Positions 1 through 11,200 of a stretch of DNA of 64,000 nucleotides are shown piece after piece. The DNA is taken from the IMG/VR virus record IMGVR_UViG_3300023179_000042, positions 1 to 64,000 of that record. The stretch is one strand, 5' to 3'. The first letter of the stretch is position 1. Each line of letters begins with the position of its first letter. This DNA comes from a virus. The notes under the pieces were generated by a model that made no database searches, was not told the DNA's origin, and saw nothing but the letters and a program-made list of their open reading frames with translations. A program made the translations under genes and the position numbers.

Positions 1-2
1 GG

Positions 3-3000
3 AGTACCTGTGGTAACCTGTGCCCATCGTCCATAAGGAGCATTACCGGCAACCATATGACAGGTAACACTTGTTCCGTGATAACCAACCATCCAAACTT
101 GATAATCATTACCTGTATAGTAATAATTATGAAGCTCAATTTTTACCATACCGGATGTTTTCCAATTTACGGTATCTTGGTAGATACGAGCTACTTCAAA
201 ACGTTGAGCCTGTGTTGCGTTAGCTACAAGGTTTCCTGAATAGTATGTGTATAGAGGACCATTAATTAATGGATTAATACTTTGTAAAGATAATGTTCCA
301 CTAACTGTTAGGTTGTTTAATATACTTGTACTGGCAGGATCTACATAATAGTTTGTATTGTCATAGTCATAAAAGATCGGTGACCTCATTGACTGATAAG
401 CAATAGCATAACCTGTGTTTTCTAAAGCGAAGGTTGTATAGCGGGTCGTTGTTCCTGATGGATTGTTATAAAAATATAATGCTCCGCTAGTCGAAAAACG
501 CATGTATGCTTGGCCAAAACTTGTGTTAACTCGAGAAAAATAGTAAGCTGGTACATTACCTGCTTCATTAACAGTATTATCAACGTTAAATCCAAAGCCA
601 GCCCAGTCCCAAGTGTTGCCCGGTTCTGATACCCACGATTGAAGTTGTGCAATGCCGGTGCCTGCTCCGTTATTAGCTGCCGGCAATCGCAATTTCATTG
701 TTGTGGTACCATGCGTACCCTGCATCAGCATACCACCAAACAAGTTTGTAAAACTATTAGGATCTACATAATAAGTAGTGTCGTCCAGGTCGTAGAATAT
801 TGGTGCTCGCAAAGAACTAGCAGCCGACACATTACCAGTGTTTGTTGACCAAAATAGCCTGTTACCGTTGTTGGTTCCTTGCCAGATTGTAAAATGATCA
901 AAGCTGTTTTCAGCAGAATTTACACCACCATCTGTATTAAGAACAATGTGTACACCGCCGTATGATCCAATTTCAACCCAATACTTGCTTCCGTCAGCGT
1001 TAGCATATCCCTGAGCAGGATATCCATTTGCTCGTATATAGGTATTGTAATCACCACTACCACGCCTAAATCCTAAAGTACCATCAAGGTTTAATGCATT
1101 AAACTTACTTGTACTATTAGGATCTGCGTAATAGGTTGTATCGTCTTTGTCATAAAATATCGGAGCTCTATGACTGCCATAGGCTATGCTATTACCGCTG
1201 TTATCTAGAGTCCAGTATACACCACCACTCCAGCCAGTACCGTTAAATTCCCAATATTGTCCGTTCCAGTATTGATTACTGCTAGAGGTGTAAATGCGGC
1301 CTGTCCAACTGTTATAGTTGTTGTTAGAAATGCCCATGTAAAACCCGTTACGGAATGAAGCATTTCCGTTGACATCTAGCACTAGGTTTGTACTATCCCA
1401 AGATGTTGTGTTAAGGGCAAGACGACCAAACTGTGAATTGCCTGCTGGATCGGCATAATAAGAGCTGTTGTTAGCATCATAATATACCGGAGCATACACA
1501 TTACCAGGAAATGTTACGTTTCTGCTATAATCCCAATCAAATAAGTTAGCATATCCGCCATAGCTACCTATAATACTAATATTATTAATATAGGCAGTAT
1601 TTGCGTTAGAGCTTATATGTCTTAAAGTTATTCTTAACCAAGGGCTTGAACCACTGTTGTTACTAATATGTCTTACATAGTGATATCCCGGCCAATCGCT
1701 ACCGCAGTTAACATCATTAATCTGCGTTGTCCATGTGGTACCATCAGCAGAAGTTTCCATGGTAATAGCAATGCTGTTACCTTGTAAACTACTGGCCAAT
1801 ACAATACCATTCCAAAATTTGTATCCCCAACTATTCCAGGTAAATCTAATTCTTTGTTGAGTAGTAGTATTAAGTGTAATTGGGCCGCCAAATCTATTAC
1901 TATTTTTTCCTCTAAAGGCATCATAGAAAGCCGTTGCTGCAGTACTAGACCACGATGTTCCATTGTAGTATTCTGCTGTGTTGGGCATGTAAAATGCTAA
2001 AATGTCTGCGTTTACGCCGTCGCCTAACACAGGACTACCATTAAACAATATCTGTGATTCCGCAGTCATGTTTAACATGCCGTTGCCTACTGTGCCACCG
2101 CTGTCTCTCCAATAAAGGTTACTTAGATTAACTGTGTTAAAGTTTGGACTATCACCAGACTTATAGAAAGGAACATCGTTGGTAAGTTGACTTAAGGCAG
2201 TTAAACTCTGACTGGTCCACATTGTGTACCAGGTTAGGTCTAAGTAATTTCCGCTTGGAGTTACAACTGTACAACTGTTTACCCATGTGCCGTTGGCAAT
2301 AGAAACTTCGTACATACTGCCTTGACCGACCAGTCCTGGCCAGTATGTGTAAAAATCATAGGTGCTTTGATCTACCTGTACAACACGAACTGTTTGTGGA
2401 CCGTTGGTATTGGCACCATATCTATAGGCCTGACCGTCGGCGTAAAACGCTCCGCTTGATCCAGATTGATTACTTGATGCGTTACTGGTTTTAAAATAAA
2501 TTAATGTTGTTTGATTCTGGCTTGCTGCGGCATTATAACCCTGCATACCAGTAATAGTCATTCGTATTGTATAACCTTGTTGTGCTGTATTCCAACGACC
2601 TAGGTATATCCAGCACGGTTGTACACCATTGTTACCGATGGTATATTTGGCAATGGTATTGCCAGCAGTGATATAACCGGCATCGTTAGTAAGTTGGCTA
2701 ACATTGGTTAGGCTACCAGTGGTCCATGCTGGGTATGCTGTAACTGTACTGGTAATATACTGACCTGCTGATGTATTAGCAAATGCTGCAGTACTAAAGA
2801 AACTAATGTTCCAGTTATTAACCCATTGAGTATATGCGTAATTATTATAACCTGCTTGGAAGTCTGTTACAAATACCTGTGGATAACTCCATGTGGTATT
2901 AATTTCGCCAATGAAAATACAATTATAAGTTCCATCGTAGCCAAATCGCACATTTAAACTACCACGATTTCGAGTATTCAAATAGGCAAATGTATTGTAC

Positions 3001-5219
3001 CAAGTTGAGCCGCTGGCATTTTGATAGCCACCACAAGTAATATCAAAACTAGCACCGTCATATGTGTAGACCTTGACGGTCATACGGATCATTGTATCAG
3101 TATAACCTTGGGGTAATCTAATTTTAATAGCACCAGTCTGCGAACTTGCTGTAGCAGCAAATGATCCGCCGCCCGGTACCAGTACGTTTAATGCACTTCC
3201 TGTACCACTATTATCAGCAATGCCGCCGGCTAGTTTAATATATCCACCAGCTACAATTACGTTACCACTAGTATCAAATCTTACAATTTCAGATTGAGCA
3301 GCGCCAATAGAGGCACCTTTTTTCCTAAAAGTAATGTGCCCTGAATAGGCACCGTCGTCAATTACTCTTATGGTGGCACCAGCATTTGCATATCCACCTT
3401 GTGTGGTACTGTAGGTATTAAAATCTAAATCAACGTAAGAACCTACGCCGCCGGTACTATTTTCTAAGGTTATAGCAGTACCGTTGCTGGTTCTCTTAAC
3501 ATGAAGTTGCGACAAAGGTGTTGTTGTACCAATACCAACTAACTTACCTGATGTAACACGCATAGCCTCGGCTACAAGTGCTCCGTTGGCTCTTGTGCCA
3601 ATAATAAATGCACCGGCATTATCGTTATAGTTTGCGTTTTCTTTTACACCGCTGACAATAGCAAAAGTGGCTGTGGTTGTACCTGTAATGATACCGCCAA
3701 GAGCAATACCACCACCTACACCACTTGGGTTTGTTGGTGTTAACGGATTGCTAGAATTGATAACCATGTTGTAGGTTAGGCCAGCGTGTGTTGCTGTGTT
3801 GGCACTACCTAACATTACAAATTTTTCAAAGGCGGCAGTTGTACCAAAACCTAGGTTGCCATTAGGATCTAGTCTTAGTAATTCTGTGTTAGCTTGAGTT
3901 GCCCAAGCAAATGTTGCTCCTGCGGCCGATGGTGTAGATTTAGCACGGAAAATCATACCGTAGGTAGCATTACTAAAAATACTACCAGATAGATAAGCAC
4001 CACCTTGACCAATGGTTACACTACCGCCACTTGCGCCGATACTGTTCCAAACTTCTAGACCAAAGTTACTGTTGCTAACTGTTTGAGTATTAATAGTACC
4101 ACGACCGAGGCTGTCAATGTTAAAAACGCCAAGCCCGGTACCTTCGTTCCAAATACTAAACCCTGTAGTTGAAATATTAGGTATGCCAGCTGTTAGTTGA
4201 TAAATTGCCGGGGTAGCAGCATCGTTGACTAATCGAACAGCAGGTGTTGTTCCTGGAGCATAGATTTCTAAATATCTTCCCGGGGCAGGAGTTGTAATGT
4301 TTACCCCTGTTGTACCTGTACCAATGCCAATGTTGCCCGATGTGTCCGCAGTAAAAACATCGAGAGTGTCGTTGTATCTTATATACCAGTTATTATTACT
4401 AGCATTGTTAACATAAGTTTGCCATAAATCTGTTGAATCAATTCTGTAGTTTATACCGGCCTGTTTAGTTGTCGAACCACTGCCGTTTGAAACTGTTAAT
4501 TGTTTTTTGCTGTCGGCAGTAATGTGCAATGGAAATAGAGGAGTACTTTGTCTTACACCAACATTGCCACCATTGGCATTAATAAGGGTATTTGTATTTG
4601 TTGCGGTGTTTACAAATAACGCTCCGCTGGTTGCTTGAATGTTTCCAGAAAATGCACCGTTATAAAATAAATCTATGTAACCGCCGGTAGCACTATCAAT
4701 TTTTTGTCCGCCGGACATGTCTAAACGATAGCTCGGGTTTGGAACACCAAGACCAAAATTGCCTGTGCTTGGTTGATATGTAATACCCGTTGGCGCAGAC
4801 ACTTGTAAGTTTACATTGCCTGAACTTGTGCTGACAAAAACAAGATATTGAGTAGTTGCGCTGGTGTTATTATTAGTTACTGAAATAGGAACAGATCCGG
4901 CAAATGTACCATAAATGCTGCCGCCTACCCTTAGATCTCGCCCAATGCCTACCCCACCGGATATAGTTAAAGCACCTGTAGTAGTTGATGTAGAATTTAA
5001 TGTGCTTGGAACACTTACAACCGTATTTGTAACAGTGTTTGCTAGAGCTAATAATGTTCCGGCCGCGCCAGCAAATTGTACCGTGCCACCGTTAGCTGGA
5101 AGTGCTGTTAGTGTAATTGTACCGGATGTATTAGCATTAGCACCTGTAAAGTCGATTTTTGGATCATTTGCCTGCCCAATATTAGGTGTAATAACTATAT
5201 TCTTATCGGTAAGAGCCAT
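3..5219 (-). CDS. Giant tail/head fibre-like protein, 3' end truncated by the window (>1739 aa; not in the ORF track)
   Basis: ATG at 5219 gives MALTDKNIVITPNIGQANDPKIDF. The same frame still reads as protein at the window edge (HMVAGNAPYGRWAQV); not every intervening codon was checked. It contains the GALTISGGVGIG fibre motif, VGIGT-type motifs and four (A/S)P(I/V)(F/Y)YDxxxxxYY(V/A)DP repeats. A late-promoter motif lies upstream. Confidence 0.8.
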   Translation of the reverse strand, partial: MALTDKNIVITPNIGQANDPKIDFTGANANTSGTITLTALPANGGTVQFAGAAGTLLALANTVTNTVVSVPSTLNSTSTTTGALTISGGVGIGRDLRVGGSIYGTFAGSVPISVTNNNTSATTQYLVFVSTSSGNVNLQVSAPTGITYQPSTGNFGLGVPNPSYRLDMSGGQKIDSATGGYIDLFYNGAFSGNIQATSGALFVNTATNTNTLINANGGNVGVRQSTPLFPLHITADSKKQLTVSNGSGSTTKQAGINYRIDSTDLWQTYVNNASNNNWYIRYNDTLDVFTADTSGNIGIGTGTTGVNITTPAPGRYLEIYAPGTTPAVRLVNDAATPAIYQLTAGIPNISTTGFSIWNEGTGLGVFNIDSLGRGTINTQTVSNSNFGLEVWNSIGASGGSVTIGQGGAYLSGSIFSNATYGMIFRAKSTPSAAGATFAWATQANTELLRLDPNGNLGFGTTAAFEKFVMLGSANTATHAGLTYNMVINSSNPLTPTNPSGVGGGIALGGIITGTTTATFAIVSGVKENANYNDNAGAFIIGTRANGALVAEAMRVTSGKLVGIGTTTPLSQLHVKRTSNGTAITLENSTGGVGSYVDLDFNTYSTTQGGYANAGATIRVIDDGAYSGHITFRKKGASIGAAQSEIVRFDTSGNVIVAGGYIKLAGGIADNSGTGSALNVLVPGGGSFAATASSQTGAIKIRLPQGYTDTMIRMTVKVYTYDGASFDITCGGYQNASGSTWYNTFAYLNTRNRGSLNVRFGYDGTYNCIFIGEINTTWSYPQVFVTDFQAGYNNYAYTQWVNNWNISFFSTAAFANTSAGQYITSTVTAYPAWTTGSLTNVSQLTNDAGYITAGNTIAKYTIGNNGVQPCWIYLGRWNTAQQGYTIRMTITGMQGYNAAASQNQTTLIYFKTSNASSNQSGSSGAFYADGQAYRYGANTNGPQTVRVVQVDQSTYDFYTYWPGLVGQGSMYEVSIANGTWVNSCTVVTPSGNYLDLTWYTMWTSQSLTALSQLTNDVPFYKSGDSPNFNTVNLSNLYWRDSGGTVGNGMLNMTAESQILFNGSPVLGDGVNADILAFYMPNTAEYYNGTSWSSTAATAFYDAFRGKNSNRFGGPITLNTTTQQRIRFTWNSWGYKFWNGIVLASSLQGNSIAITMETSADGTTWTTQINDVNCGSDWPGYHYVRHISNNSGSSPWLRITLRHISSNANTAYINNISIIGSYGGYANLFDWDYSRNVTFPGNVYAPVYYDANNSSYYADPAGNSQFGRLALNTTSWDSTNLVLDVNGNASFRNGFYMGISNNNYNSWTGRIYTSSSNQYWNGQYWEFNGTGWSGGVYWTLDNSGNSIAYGSHRAPIFYDKDDTTYYADPNSTSKFNALNLDGTLGFRRGSGDYNTYIRANGYPAQGYANADGSKYWVEIGSYGGVHIVLNTDGGVNSAENSFDHFTIWQGTNNGNRLFWSTNTGNVSAASSLRAPIFYDLDDTTYYVDPNSFTNLFGGMLMQGTHGTTTMKLRLPAANNGAGTGIAQLQSWVSEPGNTWDWAGFGFNVDNTVNEAGNVPAYYFSRVNTSFGQAYMRFSTSGALYFYNNPSGTTTRYTTFALENTGYAIAYQSMRSPIFYDYDNTNYYVDPASTSILNNLTVSGTLSLQSINPLINGPLYTYYSGNLVANATQAQRFEVARIYQDTVNWKTSGMVKIELHNYYYTGNDYQVWMVGYHGTSVTCHMVAGNAPYGRWAQVTTGT

Positions 5220-5250
5220 CGTGAAAAGTCCTGTGAACCAAAGTTAACAA

Positions 5251-5258
5251 TATTTAGC
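5251..5258 (-). promoter_or_regulatory. T4-type late promoter variant (GCTAAATA)
   Basis: TAAATA core about 30 nt upstream of the ATG at 5219. Confidence 0.55.
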
Positions 5259-5263
5259 CAATC

Positions 5264-8200
5264 TTATTTAGGTAGCTCAGCAACCAGTTTTTCAACATCG
5301 GCTCTTTCGCCCCATACTGTATAGAAACAATCAATGGCCTTGCCAAATAAGTTATCATTGCCAATAAACACACAGTTATCTTCGATCTTATCTACATAAA
5401 GTTTCTGATGTCGTCCGACTGGAGTTAGTGTAACTGTAATAGATTCTGGATCAACTAGTTTTGTCCAATATTCCGGAAGTTCGATAACAAAATTATCTTT
5501 TAGTCTGCCACGAACATAAACGCCATTTTCCGGTCCTTCTAGACTTCCATAGCGTAGCCAATGAGTTGGGCGAGTTGGGTGATCAATTACGAAAGATTTA
5601 GTTGTGGCAGCAAAGCTACCGTTGACTTGTAATGTGTAGCTAGGATTAGTTGTACCTATACCAACATAACCAGTTTTGAGTACACTTAACCATTCGCTAC
5701 CACCAGATGTTAAAGCCAGTCGTCCAGATGTGGTTACTGGATACAACTGCCATTGTACGTTACCACTATAGTCTAATATCAGACCTGCGTTAGAACCACC
5801 TGTTCCACTACCTTGAGTAAACAAGTATGTTCCAGCACTAACACTACCATTGGAACTAATATTTCCGCCAACAACTAAATCTCTTCCAATGCCAACACCG
5901 CCGCCAACTTGTAACGCACCGGTGTTTGTGCTAGTAGCATTAGTTGTATTGTAGGTACTGATAATATCATCAGTCTTAACAAATGTTGTTGTAACTGTGG
6001 TATACTGAATTGTTAATTGAGCAGCAGTAATTGTACCATTAACATTAAGGTCGCCGCCGATCCCAACGCCGCCAGAAACTATTAAAGCACCGGTTGTAGT
6101 TGATGTACTAGCAGTAGCATTGGTAATTGTAACAGCATTATTTGTTGTTGCGCCACGATTAGTTATAGATTGTAATGTAGAGTTGTTATAAACAGTAACA
6201 CTTCCAGTACTAGCAGTAACCACAGTATCAGTGCCGGCAGTAAGAGCTGTTACACCTAAGTTATTAATTGTAAATGAACTTGCTGGGCCAGTGGAAGTTA
6301 ATCCGCTAATACCAATTGCTGTTCCACCAGTTGGAGTAACGCTGGTAACAACACGGTTACTATTATCATAGACAGCATTACCATAAATGTTGTTCTGAAC
6401 ATAAATGGCATTTGTAGTTGTGGCTCCACGGGTGGTAATACTTTGAAGTGTGCTGGTATTCCAAATTGTAATATTACCAGTACTGGTATTAATAGCAGTA
6501 TCTGTTCCAGCTGTAATAACTGTCTTAGTTGCGTAAAGGTTAACAGTAGCAGTGGTAATAATTTCATTACCAAACACATACGAAGTGGTATTAACAAATA
6601 GTGCTCCACCAATTCCAACACCACCGGTGACTATTAAAGCACCGGTTTGTGTCGAACTAGCCGCTGTACTGTTGGTGATGCTAATAGCATTGTTTGTTGT
6701 AGCACCTCGTCCTGATACTGTCTGAAGAGTAGAAGCATCATTAACCGTTACACTTCCAGTATTGGCACTGACCGTTATATCTGTACCAGCGACAACTTGC
6801 TGTACACCCAAGTTAAAGATTGTAAACGAGCTTTGTGTTCCGGCCGAAACTACACCGCCTACACCAATATAAGTTGAACCGCTTGGTACAACACTAGTTA
6901 CAACACGATTGCCCGAATCAAATAATTGGCTAGCATAATGTGGACCAGATCCAATGCCACCCGATACCAAAAGTGCTTGACCTGTACTAGTACTAGCACT
7001 AACACTAGAATTTGTAATGCTTACAGCATTATTAGTTGTAGCACCTCTATTGGTAATTGTTTGTAATGTTGAGTTGTTATAAACAGTAACACTTCCAGTA
7101 CTAGCAGTAACCACAGTATCAGTACCCGCTGCTAGAGCAGTTACACCAAGGTTATTAATTGTAAACGAGGCTGCTGTTCCACCAGATGCCAAGCTGGCAA
7201 TACCGATTGCTGTGCCCCCAGTTGGAGTAACGCTGGTAACAACACGATTACTATTATCATATAAAGCATTAGCATAAAGATTATTGGTAACCGTGGTTAT
7301 ACCAGTGATTCTTACCCCACCGCTAACATCAAGAGCTGCAATTGGTGTGCCAGTTCCAATACCATGAAAACCTGTTTGAGGGATATATGTAAGACCAGTT
7401 GGTCCATCTGTCTTAATCTGAGCATAGCTACCAGTTGTGCTAACAAAAGTTACAAAATGAACAGCACTACTTGTTGTATCATTTGTAATTAACACACTTG
7501 TTGCTGAGCTTGTGGCGCCGGCAATTAAACCGTTAATTGTTCCGCCTACCCACAGATCACCGCGAATACCTACACCGCCTGCTACTTGAATAGCGCCAGT
7601 TAATGTCGACGAAGCTGTAGTTACATTGGTAATTGTAAGGATGCCAGTTAGTCTTGCTCCGCCAGTAATGTCTAATGGATAAATTGGGCTAGATTGATTA
7701 ATACCGACATTACCACCAAAGTAGTTTATAGCTGAGCCTCCGGCATAGAAGTTATATCTTCCAGATCCGGCACTGATGTTACTCTGGAAACCTGATACAT
7801 TATTGCTGGTAATGTTACTAGGATCTTCAGCTCTAAAACCTACATGGTTATTAAATGTTGTAGTGGCACCGGCATTTTTGCTTGGATTGCCACTTACATA
7901 TCCGTACCAGTTTGAAATGCTGCCAGCAGCACTAGCACCTAAATCTATACGGCTGTAATGGCCATACATATTAGTGTAGGCTGTATTGTTATTCAATACA
8001 GGTATTAAATTTACACCGTAATATTGTGTTACTGCTACACTCGGTGTAAGAGTATAGGATCCATTTAACCAATAAGCTGTAGAATTACTCGGAGTACTTG
8101 TGGCTCCACTTACATCAATAAACAATCCATTTGGATTACTATAGGTACCATTAAAATTTAATGGTGTGTTAGCCGTACTACCTAAATTAACACCATTGTT

Positions 8201-11200
8201 CAGAGATACTTGGTTAGTAGTTGAAGCACCTCTATTGGTAATTGTTTGTAGAGTCGAATTGTTGTAAACAACGACACTACCGGTGCTAGCAGTTACAACA
8301 GTATCAGTACCTGCGGTAATTGTTTGAACACCAAGGTTGGTTAAGGTAACATTACCTGTGGTATTGCTTACGCCAATGTAAGTGGATCCGTTTACACTCA
8401 GCACACCTGAGTTAGAAATTGTTACAGCACCTGTGCTGGCACTGACTGTAATACCTGTACCAGCAACTGCACTAGTAACACCTAAGTTATTAATTGTAAA
8501 TGATGCCGATGGCCCACTAGATGTTAAACTAGCAATGCCAATTGCTGTTCCACCAGTTGGTGTTACTGTGGTTACAACACGATTGTTGCCGTCAAATAAT
8601 CTTACACCATAAATGTCAGCGGCACCAATGCCTCCACTAACAATTAATGCTCCAGTTGTAGTTGAAGACGCTGGAGAAGTATTTGTAATATTAATAGCAT
8701 TAGTGGTTGTAGCACCTCTATTGGTAATTGTTTGTAGTGTACCGGTATTCCAAATTGTAATATTACCAGTACTGGTATTAACAGCAGTATCAGTTCCAGC
8801 TGTAATCACAGTTTTGGTAGCATAAATGTTGATTGTAGCTGTGGTAATAATTTCATTACCAAATACAAACGAGGTAGTTCCTACATATAACGCTCCGCCA
8901 ATTCCTACTCCACCACTGACAGTAAGTGCTCCAGAACCAGTAGACAAACTAGCAGTTTGATTAATAATGCTAATAGCATTAGTGGTTGTAGCACCTCTGC
9001 CTGAAACAGTTTGTAATGTTGAAGCATCGTTAACTGTTACACTTCCAGTATTGGCACTAACTGTTATATCTGTGCCGGCAACAACTTGTTGAACACCAAG
9101 GTTAGTAATTGTTACACTACCAGTATTAGCATTTACACCAATGTAAGTTGACCCATTTACTGTGGTTACACCGGTATTAAATATTGCAAAACTTGTTTGT
9201 GTTCCGGTACTTACAAGGCTACCAATGTTAATATATGTTGATCCGCTTGGAACGACACTGGTTACTACACGATTATTATTATCGTAAACCGCATTACCGT
9301 AGAGGTTATTTTGAACATAAACAGCATTTGTAGTTGTAGCACCTCTATTGGTAATTGTCTGTAGTGTACTGATGTTCCAAATTGTTACATTACCTGTACT
9401 GGTATTAACAGCCGTATCAGTTCCAGCAAATATAAATGTTTGGTTAGCATATTCGTTAACTGTGGCAGTGGTTAATATCTGTGCGCCAGCAACAAAAGAT
9501 GTTGTGTTTACATACAATGCGCCACCAATACCAACACCTCCGCCGACTACAACAGCACCAGTTTGTGTGCTTGAACTTGGTGTTGTATTAGCAACAGTAA
9601 GTGTTCCGCTAGAATAGGTCAAATTAGAACTAAAAGTAGTTTGACCTACTCCAGATTGATATGGAATTTGTCCGGCGGCGCCACCAGCAAGGTTCGTAGC
9701 AGTTGTAATTGATCCGCTAATAGTTCCAAATATAGTACCACCAACATATAAATTACCACCAACACCAACACCACCAACTACGGTCAATGCTCCTGTTTGT
9801 GTACTACTGCTGGCTGTTGTATTTGTTAAAATAATACCGCCGGTTCTAAAAATACCATATGTACCAGACACTGTACTTGTGTTATCTTCGACCCCGGCAC
9901 TGATCCAATCTAAATATCCAGTACCATTATCTCTGCCTAAGAAACCGTTTTGATCTTGTGTGTCGTAGTAATGGAATCTTAAACCAACATCTTTGCCATC
10001 ATTAACTGACCAAGTATTGCCATTGCCTGTTGGATAATGTAATTCAAGAATATTATCGGTGTAGACAGTGTTTGTACTAAACACATAGGTAGTAGTACCA
10101 TTAAAGATAACATTATTAGAAAATACTGCTGGGCCAGTGACATATAGGCTAGAACCAATGCCAACACCACCTGCTACATATAGAGAATTAGCGGCAACAG
10201 TGGTTGTGCTGGCAGTCACATTGGTAATTGTTACTGCTTGGTTAGTAGTTGAACCTCTGCCTGTTACACTTTGAAGTGTTGCGTTACCGTAAACTGTTAT
10301 AGTACCGGTGCTGGCTGTAACAACTGTGTCTGTTCCAGCTGTAATAGTTTGAACGCCAAGGTTGTGTATTGTAAAACTACTCTGAGTTCCGGCCGAAATT
10401 AAACTGCCAATACCAATGTAAGTTGAACCACTTGGTACAACACTGGTAACAACTCGGTTATTATTGTCGTAGACAGCATTACCATAGATGTTATTTTGAA
10501 CATAGACAGCATTGGTTGTTGTGGCTCCTCGACCTGTTACAGTCTGAAGAGTGCTGGTATTCCAAATATAAATTGTACCAGTGTTGGCACTAACTGCTGT
10601 ATCTGTGCCAGCATAGATTACTGTTTGATTAGAAAATTGGTTAACTGTGGCACTGGTTAGTACCTGTAGGCCGTTGGCATAAAGATTTCCGCCAAAATAA
10701 CCATTTCCACCAACTCCAATACCGCCGGTAACAACCAATGCGCCGTTTGTAGTTGCAGTGCTATTAGTTGCGCTGGTAATTGTAATTGCTTGATTAGTTA
10801 CAGCACCACGAGCTGTAACTGTTTGAAGTGTAGCGGTTCCATTTATAGTTACAGTTCCTGTACTGGCCGATACAGAGATATCGTCACCAGCTGTGACACT
10901 TTGAACACCTAAATTAAAAATAGTAAAAGAACTTTGTGTACCAGTCGAAACTACACTGCCTACTCCGATATAAGTTGAGCCACTAGGAACAACACCGGTT
11001 ACTACGCGATTATTATTGTCATATACAGCATTACCAAATATGTTATTTTGAACATAGACAGCATTGGTAGTGGTAGCTCCGCGGCCAGTTACAGATTGTA
11101 ATGTACTGGTGTTCCAGACAGTAATATTACCGGTGCTGGTATTAACTGCAGTATCTGTTCCGGCAAATACTGATGTTTTGTTAGCAAAGGTATTAATTGT

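Noticed and set aside
57-1963. Short ORFs in the track at 57-239, 422-652, 639-848 and 1673-1963
   Set aside because: They lie within, or antisense to, the long minus-strand fibre ORF (3-5219), which the track omitted because it runs off the window edge.
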